In this document: positions 48,101 to 59,325 of the stretch, one piece after another | How positions within the stretch are numbered: the stretch's first letter is position 1 | Layout: the number at the start of each line of letters is the position of its first letter | Origin: Podarcis liolepis | Taxonomy: Eukaryota | NCBI GenBank assembly: GCA_965112155.1 | Contig: OZ218104.1 | Strand: one strand, 5' to 3' | DNA: 64,000 nucleotides | The notes under the pieces: model-generated | Told to the model about the DNA's origin: nothing | The model's input: the letters and a program-made list of their open reading frames with translations, nothing else | Databases searched by the model: none | Position numbers and translations under genes: made by a program

Positions 48101-51100
48101 GGAAGCAGAGAACAAATGAAGTAAAGTCTTAAATGAGGAAAATATTTTTTACCAGCTCTCTCCTCTTAATCTAGTCATTGGCACCAGTAATGGCAACTGT
48201 GTCAGAAAGCTTAAATAAAGGAGAGGGAGCTCTACATGTAGCCAAAACACAGAATATTTGCTTGGGTCTTCGTGAAGAAACTGCAACCAGCTTTAAAAGA
48301 GTTGCTTTTGGATTCTTACTGATTATAAAAAAGCACAAAACTGTCCCTTCAGGATAAATAAGAGTAGATACAACAGATTTGCACAAAACAATAAGGAGTT
48401 TTGTTTTTCGGACATAAAAGGAATGGGCTCCTGTAGTTCTAGATTGTCCAAGGTCACCTTCCCCTCCCAGCCACTTGACAATGTGGCCGATTGGAAGCTA
48501 TCCTTGTCTGCCTGATGAAAGGACTAGAATGAGTGAAAGTGATGTTTTGTCCCATTTTATAAGTGATTTCAATCTCATAAAACCCTCCACAATCCCACAG
48601 CCATAACTCCCATCTTCCCAAAGTCCCTAGCTAGATTGCTCTTTGAAAATTGGGATGGTTCAGTCGGTAGAGCACGAGACTCCTAATCTTAGGGTTGTGG
48701 GTTCAAGCTCCACGTTGGGCAAAAGATTCCTGCACTGCAGGAGGTTGGACTAGGTGACCCTTGTGGTCCCTTCCAACTCTACAATTCTATGATTATTTCT
48801 ACAGAAGAGAACGCCAGGCATAACAGTTCTGTACAGAGCACAATACCCTGAATGTTAATGTGGTGGCTGATTTATGTCCCCCTCTTCATCTACAAGTAAC
48901 ATCTTAAAGAACTCTGGCATGGTTCAGGGTCAAGCAGAATGACCTCTGCATCCAGTTTTGGGGAAGCTTAGTACACCCAGCTGTAAAAGCCAAGTCAACC
49001 TGCATCTTCAAAGAAGGAATGTGTGGCCCACACTCTGAAATGGGAAGAACTCCTGGGAAGAATTAGCCCCTCCATGATAAATGCTTTCTAGAATTCCAGA
49101 ATTTCCCAATGCTAGGTCTTCCTAAAACTACTAGCCAATGACTACAATATATTCTTTTTGTGCCTTTTGCCTTGCCTGTAGAAAAGGAGCAGAGTCACAT
49201 GAATGCTCTGGCCCAAAGTTTCAGTTGGGACTTCAGCTTATCCATGTCGGAGGAGAAGGATCCTCTTTGGGTCTATGGTATTGAGTCAATCCCAAATGGC
49301 AGATACATGCTGCTGAGAAAGAAGAGATACACTATCATACCAGCAGGGTCTGTGGGCTTTAAGCTGAGTGACCTATTCAACAAGATTTCTTGTAAGCGTT
49401 CATGTATTTGCTGAAGGTTTTACTCCTCTAAGGGCTTTCTCCTCAGTTTCTCCAATATCCAGAAGTAGCAGAACTCTCACTTCCAAGATTCCAGACATGC
49501 TTGATTAATATTGCTCCTACCTGCACACAAGGTAGTTTCCTTCAATATATTTTTTATGATTGGGGGTGGCAGAACTGCAAACCCACCATGCAGACCTTCC
49601 AAGTGTCCCTATTTTCCAGGGACGTCCCTGATTTAAAGAAGCTGTCCCGGTTTCTGATTTGATCCCAGAATGTCCCACTTTTCCTTAGGCCACCCCTATT
49701 TTCATTGGAGAAATGTTGTAGGGTATGGAGTTGCTTGACCCCTGAGCCATCTGAAGGCAATCCTGTACAGGGAAGATTTTTAAAAAATGTTTTATGTTTT
49801 ATGATATTTATATATATATTGAAAGCTGCCTGGAGTGGCTGGGGCAACCCAGAAAGATGTGTGGGGTATAAATAGTAAAATTATCATTATGGAATGGAGC
49901 ATTCCTATTTTCACTGGAGAAATGTTAAGAGGGTATGCACCATGTGAATTCAAAAGAAATCTTGGCGAACTTCCTATTGTTATCACGGCTATTTTGTCTC
50001 TGTCTCTCTTCAGTATCCATCTCTGCTTATCTTGACTGATTCTCTTCCCAGCATGTTAAGGCTGCAATTTCTGAGTTAGCCTTTACAGCAATTTGATTGT
50101 CCTCTCTATAAATTATCTGGGTTTGGAGCCTACTGTATCCACATTCAGCACTGCTGCAATATAAATAACTGTTTTTTTTAAATTTTGGTCTAAGTTCACT
50201 CACTTAAAACTTTAAAACTACAAATCTAGGGGCAGTCTCTATGATGAAAACTTAAGTGTGAACCACCCCTTCGGAACAAACTGTAGGATGCTGACCACAG
50301 TAATTGTAATTATTCGGATTTAAGTTTTTAAGTTTTTTAAGTCAGAGAAACATTTAATCAATTAAATATTTAATACTATTAGCAAAGAGATAGAAAGAAT
50401 ATTGAAAAAGTATTCTTATTCAATTAATATGGTCCCCTATATAAATACCATATTGTGGAATTTGCTAGTTTTCTTTAGTTTTTGTTAATATGAACTCCCA
50501 TAGGTTCAGTTTTTGAAAGGAAGTGGATTGACTGTCAGACAACTAATGCCTAGAAGTAACAGACACATAGTTCTTCTCATCAACTATATCAGATGCTTGA
50601 AAATGATCTCAAAATATGAAAATCAACAGTAAAGTATTTCTGTGGATTTAAAGTGCTAGCAGTTTTCAAAATATTTTGCAACTGTTGCTCTCTTTTGACT
50701 GAATTAGCTTCTGAAGTGCAGAATGAAGCTACACTGGATGATTTGTTAACTAAAGTAGTCTTGGATCTAATTACCAATCTCCCCAATACACAATTAAATC
50801 CACAGATTTCATTAGGGAAAGTATTCAAATATATCAGCATTGAGCAGTGCTGTAAAGTTTTACCCTAGACTTAAGCCTTGTACTACCAAACCAAGAGGCT
50901 CATTTTCAGTGTTGAACATACTAGAGAAGGCACTCCTATCTAAACTGAATAATGCACTGAACACATTGCTTAGTCCAGCTATGCTCTGATAATAAATAGC
51001 CTTATGGAGAAGGCTAGACTAGGATAGACACATGATGTTCTATTACAAATATTACATGGTCAGTCAAGCAATCTCGGCCCATGAGAGGAAAACCCTGGAG

Positions 51101-51897
51101 CACATCCATTAGTGAGGGTATTATAAAGTTGGAGGCATTCCAGATGAACAAGAATTTGAATGCCAACTGCCAATTCAGGTTTGCCCCTTCATAACAAAAA
51201 CAGTCGTCATTCCCCTAAACAGAAGAAAATGATCCAGTAAAAGGACTTTTATTTTAAAAGAACAAACTGTATGAGGCTGAATAGGTGATAACTTAAGTTT
51301 AAAAATATTTTGGAACTGGATTCAAACATACCTACATTTAGCAGGTATCAACTATCCCTTCACACATCATCTAAACACTTTCAGGACCAAACAGAAAGTC
51401 ATGTAGCTGAATCATTCATGGTTTCATTAAGCCATGTGGTGGTGGGGAAATGAAAGTAGAAGCCACAAACCCGGAACACTGCTGCAGATTTCATTTCTGT
51501 CCTGGTTTGCAAGGCAGCATTCTCTGGCCCATTCAAACACTCCCATTTAGTTCTAAACTGGCAACTACTACATCAAAATATAATATATCTGAGGAGTCCA
51601 GCACCACCACAGGGGCAAAAGAGGAAATGTGCAATAAAATTTCCCCTACTTCTAAGTCTAAGTTAGTCTTGTGGGTTTTTTTAAAGACTGCAAACTTTTC
51701 CAGCACTGCTCATGCTGACAACAATATTAATATGCATTAAGTCCTTAATTTTACTCAAGTGGAGTACTTACCAGCAGCAACTACACCCGGAGGGGGCGAA
51801 CCTGCCTCACCACCACTTGTTTGACTCATGGATGCTACAGAGAGTTCTCTGGAAGGTGGTAACTGCAGCTCCTTTGGGAGAAGGTCATAGACAGATT
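19016..51897 (-). CDS. NFAT5: NFAT5/TonEBP, 5'-partial; complement join(51772..51897,40010..40574,35283..35475,33764..33954,30305..30477,29134..29268,28890..28942,26193..26325,25721..25798,23513..23658,19998..22410,19016..19248)
   Basis: Rel-homology domain ([36 protein letters not shown]), IPT domain, NLS region [13 protein letters not shown] and a Q-rich C-terminus. The 4439 nt join keeps frame through to TAA. Confidence 0.97.
19998..22410 (-). CDS. NFAT5: NFAT5 giant glutamine-rich exon (transactivation region), 2413 nt
   Basis: cctcag|ATSVVGP...[19 protein letters not shown]...FLFGIQD|gtaagt; within the 827-aa ORF. Confidence 0.96.
23513..23658 (-). CDS. NFAT5: NFAT5 exon 12
   Basis: ctgcag|[21 protein letters not shown]...PPVFK|gtaagt. 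Confidence 0.9.
24036..24215 (-). mobile_element. tRNA-derived squamate SINE
   Basis: Reverse complement of the family at 1302 and 24865 (taggaagttgccttatac...ggattgaaactgggacc...ctaccactgagc). Confidence 0.7.
24865..25050 (+). mobile_element. tRNA-derived squamate SINE
   Basis: gcatgcagaaggtcccaggtctaatcccc...atctctaggtaggactgggaaaga...ctgagctaaatcggac. Confidence 0.65.
25721..25798 (-). CDS. NFAT5: NFAT5 exon 11
   Basis: ttgcag|[25 protein letters not shown]|gtatct; contains a VKQE SUMO consensus. Confidence 0.9.
26193..26325 (-). CDS. NFAT5: NFAT5 exon 10
   Basis: atttag|[44 protein letters not shown]|gtatgt. Confidence 0.94.
27293..27720 (-). mobile_element. CR1 3' fragment interrupted by an AT-rich insert
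   Basis: aaacataa...tgctggatcagac...tagtccagca...ttctcacagtggccaa resumes at about 27620 (caactggta...agaggcatactgcctc). Confidence 0.55.
28129..28380. mobile_element. Tc1/mariner-superfamily MITE, internally shorter copy
   Basis: TA|CAGTGGTGCCCCGCAAGACGAA ... TTCGTCTTGCGAGGCACCACTG|TA: terminal inverted repeats and TA target duplication. Confidence 0.9.
28890..28942 (-). CDS. NFAT5: NFAT5 exon 9
   Basis: aaacag|(D)[17 protein letters not shown]|gtacat; 53 nt. Confidence 0.93.
29134..29268 (-). CDS. NFAT5: NFAT5 exon 8
   Basis: ttgtag|[44 protein letters not shown]|gtgaga. Confidence 0.95.
30305..30477 (-). CDS. NFAT5: NFAT5 exon 7
   Basis: tgctag|[36 protein letters not shown]...PILC|gtaagt. 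Confidence 0.95.
33147..33372. mobile_element. Tc1/mariner-superfamily MITE, second family
   Basis: TA|CAGTGGTACCTTGGGTTAC ... GTAACCAGAGGTACCACTG|TA; internal repeats of ggttaagaac. Confidence 0.9.
33764..33954 (-). CDS. NFAT5: NFAT5 exon 6
   Basis: ttgtag|[63 protein letters not shown](A)|gtaagt. Confidence 0.95.
35283..35475 (-). CDS. NFAT5: NFAT5 exon 5
   Basis: ctttag|[21 protein letters not shown]...[26 protein letters not shown]|gtaggc. Confidence 0.95.
36979..37163. mobile_element. hAT-type MITE
   Basis: TIRs aggggttgtcaacct / aggttgactaccccg; flanks gtctagct and gtctagca (7/8 target duplication). Confidence 0.8.
37723..38121 (-). mobile_element. L2-type LINE 3' fragment with (TAA)n tail
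   Basis: Minus-strand ORF ...[16 protein letters not shown]...[11 protein letters not shown] resembles the end of an L2 ORF2; trinucleotide tail. Confidence 0.8.
39082..39172. repeat. Compound (TG)n(AG)n microsatellite
   Basis: Visible directly. Confidence 0.95.
40010..40574 (-). CDS. NFAT5: NFAT5 exon 4 (contains the internal ATG at 40545, MGGAC, and the NLS region)
   Basis: ccgcag|[29 protein letters not shown]...[13 protein letters not shown]...KAGNG|gttggt. Confidence 0.95.
41014..41145. other. Assembly gap
   Basis: Run of N. Confidence 1.
45156..45319. other. Assembly gap
   Basis: Run of N. Confidence 1.
46025..46160 (+). mobile_element. SINE with tRNA-Lys(CUU)-like head and CR1 tail
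   Basis: agcatgagactcttgatctcagggtcatgggtttgagccccacg followed by gtcccttccaactctacaattctgagattctatg. Confidence 0.8.
47099..47349. mobile_element. hAT-type MITE
   Basis: TIRs cagaggtaggcaaact / agtttgcttacccctg; perfect 8-bp target duplication ttttaaga. Confidence 0.88.
48657..48794 (+). mobile_element. SINE with tRNA-Lys(CUU)-like head and CR1 tail
   Basis: tcagtcggtagagcacgagactcctaatcttagggttgtgggttcaagctccacgttgggc followed by a CR1 tail ending attctatgatt. Confidence 0.82.
49591..49937. mobile_element. Non-autonomous TIR element with 7-bp target duplication, containing an L2 tail
   Basis: caccatg|cagaccttccaa ... ttaagagggtatg|caccatg; right-end motif repeated internally at about 49696-49727. 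Confidence 0.65.
51772..51897 (-). CDS. NFAT5: NFAT5 exon 3
   Basis: ttttag|[41 protein letters not shown]|gtaagt; 126 nt. Confidence 0.94.
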
Positions 51898-54800
51898 CTA
51901 AAAAGAAAGAAAAAAGATATCTTAAGAAAACAAACAAATGTCCCTATATTTTGCTACCAAAATAGCAGGAATGCTAGAAATCATGCTATGTTGGTATGCC
52001 TCAAATCTATGATAGAAAGAAAATGTTGTATTACCTCAGTACCAGAGATAAGAGTCCAAAAGCACTAAAAGAGTCTAGCAATTACACAGGATTTCAGTAA
52101 AAGACCAAATCAAATCTTTGGCATTTGTAAGAAATTCCATAGATACTAACTTTCCATCACAATTATGGCAACGTATGCCAACCAATTGCATTCACCAAAT
52201 TTTACATGGTTTTTAAGGCTTTGGACAAGCATCTGAAGAGCACGAACTGTACCCTGCCAAATCACAAACCAGCTTTTGGTGTGTACACGAACACTATCAC
52301 ACATCTCCCTTTGCATCCCTGCTCCAAACTATATAAAATTTCTGAGACACTAAAGACTAATATTGGGTAGTGCAAGAGTAATGGAACAAAACCTATATGG
52401 AAAGTATTACAAAGATTGTCTAGGAAGGAAATATAAGCAGGACACAAGCTCCTTGCTGGTTCCTGTTCAGATTTTTCCAGTAAGAAACACAATGAGCTTC
52501 ATTTCTACTGAATGGTTAGAATTTGACCCTTAACAATCAACTCAACTCTTATAACTGACTCAGTTTTCCTTTTTACTATGTTCTGTTTCATATAAATCCA
52601 TGTTTTTTCATAAAAGCAGTCCTCAATATTCATGCCAAACAGCAACTAATTTACTTTAACAGAGATAATATATGTTTCTGATCCAGACAATTCACTTTTC
52701 TGATTCAGATAATGCACTGTATCATTTTTTTTTATTACACAGATCACTAAGTTCTGGCTATTTTCATTCATTTTGCTCAACTATACATTATAAACTATCA
52801 CAAAAAACAGATACCCAAAGACATCCATTTATCAACTGCTACATGATTTTGTATTATTGTACAAATGCAGGTTTTTAGCTTCCAACAACCCTGGATAATA
52901 TTGCTCCTGAACACCAACCACAAGGAGAGGGGATTTGCATGAGACCAAGAGGAGGCTATTCCATGCTGCCTGTCTCCCAAATCAAAATACCAATGAAGTT
53001 CCCCAGAGCTGGGTTCACAGAATAACTTCACAGAATTGTAAAATCCAACCTCAAAAGGAGAAAGAACGCTACAAACCCCTGAACACATTCCTGGCTTGGA
53101 TTAAAATTTTGAATGAATCATCAATTTAGTTTTCATTACCTTCTCCAAGGAGTCTCATCTAGCATTAATAATATCTTTCCATAGAAGGACAGGCACTTTA
53201 TTCAGGTTTTAGAATCCAGGAGGGAAGCAATGGAATGCAGCCCACACAAGGCCACAATGGGCAACAGATCCAGCTGTAGCCTTTGAACTGCAGTTGGCAC
53301 TATGACTAGTAGTACACAGTGAGAAGATACTCTGCTAACCCTAACCCTTGAGGCATGCAAACAAGGTGAAATGTTACTCCTTTCAGGGGAATGAATGTAA
53401 GGATTATCTCCTTGCCAAAGCACCCTAGAATATTCTCAAATCTGCCCTTGTGTAGGCACAGAAATCTCCCCCATTAAAATGTGTGTGACTTAGAGAAAAT
53501 AATTCCACTTAGATCTCTTTTTAAACAGTGATATAACAGCCTCTTTAAAACTAATCCACCTTTCAACTTGGGCCCCCCAAATTTCCTTCTAAGAAAAAAA
53601 CTTACTTTGGATAGCTTACTTCAATACGTTTGTTGTTACAAGTTAACACTTTGCTTGCAGAAGGCAAAGATAGGGTTCCAAGCAGACTTTACAATTCAAA
53701 GTACCTCAAGCGCGCAAACAAGGAAGATGGCCAGGCACTGTTGGAAAGAAGGCCTGCCTTAAAGGGCACAGCAATAGAATTGTGGCTACTTTGCCCAGCC
53801 TTACACACCAACCACAGCTTACACCTGGTGTCCAAATGTTCTTGTCAGCACAGAGAAGAAACCTGGTGCAGCTGGGAAGAAGGGCTGTGAGCAGAGGAAG
53901 AAAGGGGGTAGATCAGTGCAGAGCCTGCGGGGGGGGGGCTAGCCAGGTTTTTTGCCTCAGGTGAAGCTTCCAGAGGGGCATCATTGAGGCTCCTAGCCTC
54001 TGTGTGTTTGTGGGGGGGGGTTGCCAATCTGGATCTTTGACCCAAGGGAAGTAAAGCCTACTTTCACCCCTGGATGACTGGACAGTGCTTTTATCCCTAA
54101 TTAAAAGCCACTACAGCTCATCTAGGGAAGTAGTCTCAATGAGAGCTTACTTTTAGTGATTGTACAGGCAATACGGGGCATTCAACACCCACTTTATATA
54201 TACATGCAATTACATATAACTGCAGATTACCCTTTTGAAAAAAATCTCTACCTTATTTGGGTCACTGAAGGCAGTATCAAACAAAGTAGTTCCATTAGCA
54301 CAATGACATCTGGTTGTTCAACAGAACTTCCCACTACTCTCCTCAAATCTCCCTCCTCCCAGAACCGATTTAGGTGCATACTTTGTCAGATACTGCCCTA
54401 ATTTATTTAGTTTATGTAGAACATTATATGCACAACTCACCCAAATGATTCCATTGAAGAAAAAACTATAAATAATGAAGTATTTATATTGTAGCACACC
54501 AAAATATACAATAAAACCAGGCAGTAGTTATGATGTTAGTGTACCTCCTTACTGAAGGCATTCCAGTAGCAGGGGTAAAACTCAGCAGTTTGACAGAGGT
54601 AAGGGCACCCAACACTCTGACAAATAAAGCACCTGGTATGACACAGATCCTTATCATGGAGGTGTCATTTCTACTGCAGTTTCTGAACAGGGTAAGAAAC
54701 AGAAGGAGCCTCTTGCAAAAGCAGGATGAGAAGCTCTCACTGTTTCTTATATTTCCTGAACTCCACACAAATTAGGTATGACCATGCCTTTGTCCCATGC

Positions 54801-55436
54801 CCTCAGCACATACTGGAGTACTCAAGGGAGGGGTGTAGAAGTAGCTACAAATAATGCCTGGCTCCTTAGCCAAGTCACGATTTGTGGATCCCTCATGGAC
54901 AATAATTACCTAATTCCAAGATTAATGTTAAGAAAGTACTTCATGTCACAAGGTGTATGTCAATAGCCAATAGTTCAGGTGTTTAGTTCTAAATAAATAT
55001 TTTATTGTCAATTTTAATGTTTGTTGTTGTTGTTGTTGTTGTTGTTTGTAAATCACTTAGAGGTTCTATTTACAATCAAGCAGTATAGAAATTTTGTTAT
55101 ATACGGTAAATATATAAAATTGGCAGAATCGTTACATCTTTTTGCCCAGGAATCTTTGCTGATTTTTGCTTCGGAATGCTGAAGGCAATTGTTTTGGAAC
55201 ATTTATTCTGCCAACAGTTTCTGCCCTGCAAAGATACAACATTCTTGTCCACTTCAAGCTTGGGTCTCAACATGACTGGCAACTGCACTGGAAAACATAC
55301 CAGTTGCATGCCTGATGCGCATTAGCTTTCTAAAAGATTATGACAGCCAAGAATAACTGCCAGCATTCTACACATAATCATTCTAGCATCTTACTACTGT
55401 ATTGCTTGCTGAAATAAGCACATCAGCTTCTTGGTA

Positions 55437-55791
55437 CAGTGGTACCTCGCAAGACGAATGCCTCGCAAGACGGAAAATTCGCAAAACGAAAGGGTTTTTG
55501 GTTTTTTGAGTTGCTTCGCAAGACGATTTTCCCTATGGGCTTGCTTCGCAAGACGGAAACGTCTTGCAAGTTTGTTTCCTTTTTCTTAAAACCGTTAATA
55601 CAGTTGCGACTTGACTTCGAGGAGCAACTCATAGCACGCGGTGTGGTAGCCTTTTTTTAGGTTTTTGAAGACTTTGGTGATTTTTGAAGCTTTTCCAAAA
55701 CTTTTCCGACACCGTGCTTCGCAAGACGAAAAAAACCGCAAGATGAAAAAACTCGCGGAACGAATTAATTTCGTCTTGCGAGGCACCACTG
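55437..55791. mobile_element. Tc1/mariner-superfamily MITE, longer copy of the 28129 family
   Basis: TA|CAGTGGTACCTCGCAAGACGAA ... TTCGTCTTGCGAGGCACCACTG|TA. Confidence 0.92.
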
Positions 55792-56942
55792 TATAGGACC
55801 TTGTTCTAAGAAGAGAGACTATCAGAACTTCCAACTATCAAGCAATACCAGTGAATCTGAATTGTATTGTCACCTTAGCTAGCATACTTTCCAAATGGGC
55901 TTTGTTATCCACCTTTGTTATATATGAAACTAGAGGAGCACTTTTTCCTCCTTAAATCATATTTTTCACATCATACATATCTTCAGTTGCTGAAAGGGTT
56001 TAGAAGGATTCCATCCCTTTAAGTAAAAGCCAAATATCTACCATCTGGTCAACATAATCTGTACACATCTCTTTTTCTGAGAACAGTAGAGCAAGTCAGA
56101 TATCCATCAGAGCAACACACAACAGCCAGAATGCAAAGAATTGCGCAACTGAGCACATGCAACCAATATGGCTGTGGGCTCCTGCTTCTCTGTCAGAAGG
56201 CTACCATGCTATAGAGCAAACCACTCTTTTGAAATGGAGGAAAATGTCGAAAGCAGTCAAAATGCCTTCTAGGCATTTTTCATGGTTAAAATATTCTCTA
56301 GATTCCAATCAATATTGTTTAAATATTTCCCCTAATAACACAATCATCCCTAAAATACAACTTTACATATATATTTTCGTATACTTGAATAAAATATGCT
56401 GATTTTCTTAAACATTATTTCAACATTTTAGAAGTAATTAACTTAAAAAAAACATGTTTTGAACTAATTATATACAATATAGCAATGTAGTATCTTGTTG
56501 ACCAACTTTTGCTGCTTTTATCATCTTGATACCTAGGCAGCTTTCTTCCTCCTATCACCACTACCAAAATGTCTGTTTTCCTATTCATTTATTTTGGAAC
56601 ATACCACAGAGGTCTCCCTTAATGTGTGTTTTGCTATTGGTGCGGGTCCACTTGAGACTACGTGGAGATTTCTGGGTGCCAGGTTGGTGATTGACATATC
56701 CATCGAGCCAGCTGACTCGCACACAGTCCTCCATCATCACATCAAGGGAAGTAAGTACAGTTCTGAGTACAGATGTATTTGACTGTGCTACAGCCGTTCC
56801 ACCCAAATGGAACTCATAAACCACAGTTAAAAACCTCTGCCTTAGTCCATTGTTAATACCATTTCCATTTCCACAGTGTGAGTTTCTCCTTCTTGCATAC
56901 TGGGATAAATGAATTATTTTAAGAGCAAGCAATGTAGTTGAG

Positions 56943-57020
56943 ATCATAGAATCGTAGATTTGTAGCACTGGAAGGGACACCAAGGGTCATCCAGACCAAC
57001 CCCCTGTCAAGCAGGCATTC
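56943..57020 (-). mobile_element. CR1-type 3' tail fragment
   Basis: atcatagaatcgtaga...ggaagggacacc...ggtcatccagaccaaccccctg. Confidence 0.7.
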
Positions 57021-57240
57021 CGTTGTGGTGACTGCAACCTACATTTAAGGTGCCATTTGGTGCCCAGCTAATATCTGAGTTTCTAGCACTATCCCTTCTT
57101 CCTTTTGCCAGTATTGAATTACATGTAAATTCTCCTTCTGAACTTGACCCCTCTACTTGGTTTGGAAACAGAAGCAGAACTTCAGAGCCAAGAAATGCAT
57201 GCTGTCCCTACAAGCATACTCTCATCTGATTCACCAATTC

Positions 57241-57344
57241 CAGGAATGGGGAACCTTTGGTCCTCCAAATATTACTGAACTACAACTCCCATCAGCCCCA
57301 TCAAGTTCAGCAACATTTGGAGGGCCAAAGTTTCCCCACACCTG
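57241..57344. mobile_element. Short hAT-like MITE
   Basis: caggaatggggaacctttgg ... ccaaagtttccccacacctg inverted ends; related half copies near 19725-19790 and 27180-27250. Confidence 0.6.
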
Positions 57345-57608
57345 AAATATACCTTCTCTCATTCTTATTATGAACTTCATCTGTAATTTTGATTTCTATG
57401 AGGGCCATACTATAGAAAAACAAGGCCTAAGTTCAAAAGTAAGCAAACCATTCTGAACAAGATTAAGGTATTCAGGTATTCATTTCCTTCCTCTGTATTA
57501 ATGGAAAGCAATACAGCTGGCTCAAAACTAATGACAAATTGCTGCCTGCATGAATGCCCATCACACCAACTATGAGAGCTTTGCTGTAAGTAGATGTTAA
57601 ACCAATTT

Positions 57609-57716
57609 TAGAATCACAGAATTGTAGAGCTAGAAGGGTCTCTGAAGGCCATCTAGTCCAACCCCCTGCAGTGCAGGAATCTCAATTAGATAATGATGAT
57701 GATGATGATGATGATG

Positions 57717-57763
<47 letters not shown>

Positions 57764-58205
57764 TTATTTATACCCCACCCATCTGGCTGAGTCTCCCCAG
57801 CCACTCTGGGCGGCTCCGTATCAAATGTTAAGAACAGTACAGCATTAAATATTAAAAACTTCCCTAAACAGGGCTGCCTTTAGATGTCTTTTAAAGATAG
57901 GATAGCGGCTTATTTCCTTCACATCTGAAGGGAGGGTGTTCCACAGGGTGGGCGCCACTACCGAGAAGGCCCTCTGTCTGGTTCTCTGTAACCTCACTTC
58001 TCGCAATGAGGGAACCGCCAGAAGGCCCTCGGTGCTGCATCTCAGTGTCCAGGCTGAACGATGGGGGTGGAGACGCTCCTTCAGGTATACAGGACCGAGG
58101 CAGTTTTGTATCATATTGTATATGACAGATGGCCATCCAAAGGGAGTCCACCACCTCTCGTATGAGTCTGTTCCACTGTCAAACAGCTCTTACTGCCAGA
58201 AAGTC
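57609..58205 (-). mobile_element. CR1 3' fragment split by an L2 insertion
   Basis: CR1 tail at 57609-57685 continues at 58120-58205 (gacagatggccatcca...ggagtccaccacct...ttccactgtcaaacagctctt). Confidence 0.7.
57691..58101 (-). mobile_element. L2-type LINE 3' fragment with (GAT)n(AAT)n tail
   Basis: ORF GPVYLKERL...RQRAFSVVAPTLWNTLP...FKRHLKAALF; close relative at 58844. Confidence 0.82.
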
Positions 58206-58841
58206 AGGATCTCCATTCTTATATCTTGAATTCATTAGTAATTTGAAAGCATTGAATCCATTATTTTCAAGCCAACAAACCCAAGTTATCATGCAGAAAC
58301 TTAACTTTCTTACTGTGCTTATGTAGGAAGACATGGTTTACTATTAACACACCCTAGTACGTATAAGGTTTTTACAGATACTTGAATGTTTACTCAAGAG
58401 TGTTAGTTGGAACAAACAAAGCTAACACTGGAATGTGCTATACTGTTCCAACCAAATACATACTAGGCACATGAAAAGGCACATGCAGAAGAAAAGCAGT
58501 ACATCAATGGAAGCTTTTAAAACCTAAGGGGATTAACCTTTACCCCATCTTATGATATGCTGAACAGACTAACAACCTCAAAATTTTCATTCTAGAAATT
58601 CCTAGCCCTTGACACATTTTTATAGTTCTTCTCTGCACCATGCACAATTATTTTTACTCAGCTGTGAATATTGGAAGTACCCTACCTAGTATTACAACAG
58701 GCTTCACTGCTGTGTATAGAATCCAATTGTTTGAAAAATCATTTTAAATTTTGTAAAAAAAAAAAAATCTAGCAATAACAGCTGGGATAAAAAATGGAAA
58801 CAAAGCAAGAGGGAAATGGAGAAGCAGCATGGATTAGGTGC

Positions 58842-58843
<2 letters not shown>

Positions 58844-58895
<52 letters not shown>

Positions 58896-59325
58896 TTATT
58901 ATTTATACACCACCCAACTGGCTGGGTTTCCCCAGCCACTCTGGGCAGCTCCCAACAGAATATTAAAAACACAATAAAACATCAAACATTAAAAACTTCC
59001 CTAAACTGGGCTGCCTTCAGATGTCTTCTAAAAGTCAGATAGTGTTTGTTTCTTTGACATCTGATGGGAGGGCGTTCCACAGGGCGGGCACCACTACTGA
59101 GAAGGCCCTCTGTCTGGTTCCCTGTAACCTTTCAGTGAGGGAATCACCAGAAGGCCCACTGGACCTCAGTGTCTGGGCTGAATGATGGGGGCAGAGACGC
59201 TCCTTCAGGTATACTGGGCCGATGCCATTTAGGGCTTTAAAGGTCAGCACCAACACTTTGAATTGTGCTCGGAAACGTACTGGGAGCCAATGTAGATCTT
59301 TCAGGACTGGTGTTATATGGTCTCG
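58844..59325 (-). mobile_element. L2-type LINE 3' fragment with (AAT)n tail
   Basis: ORF LVLTFKALNGIGPVYLKERL...RAFSVVVPALWNALP. Confidence 0.82.

Noticed and set aside
48657-48720. Apparent tRNA-Lys gene
   Set aside because: The 5' acceptor stem is lost, the anticodon loop is mutated, and it is fused to a CR1 tail with no poly-T terminator; it is a SINE head.
55437-55791. Repeated CGCAAGACGAA motifs that superficially resemble a CRISPR array
   Set aside because: Irregular spacing, both orientations, bounded by TIRs and a TA duplication in a vertebrate intron; it is a MITE.
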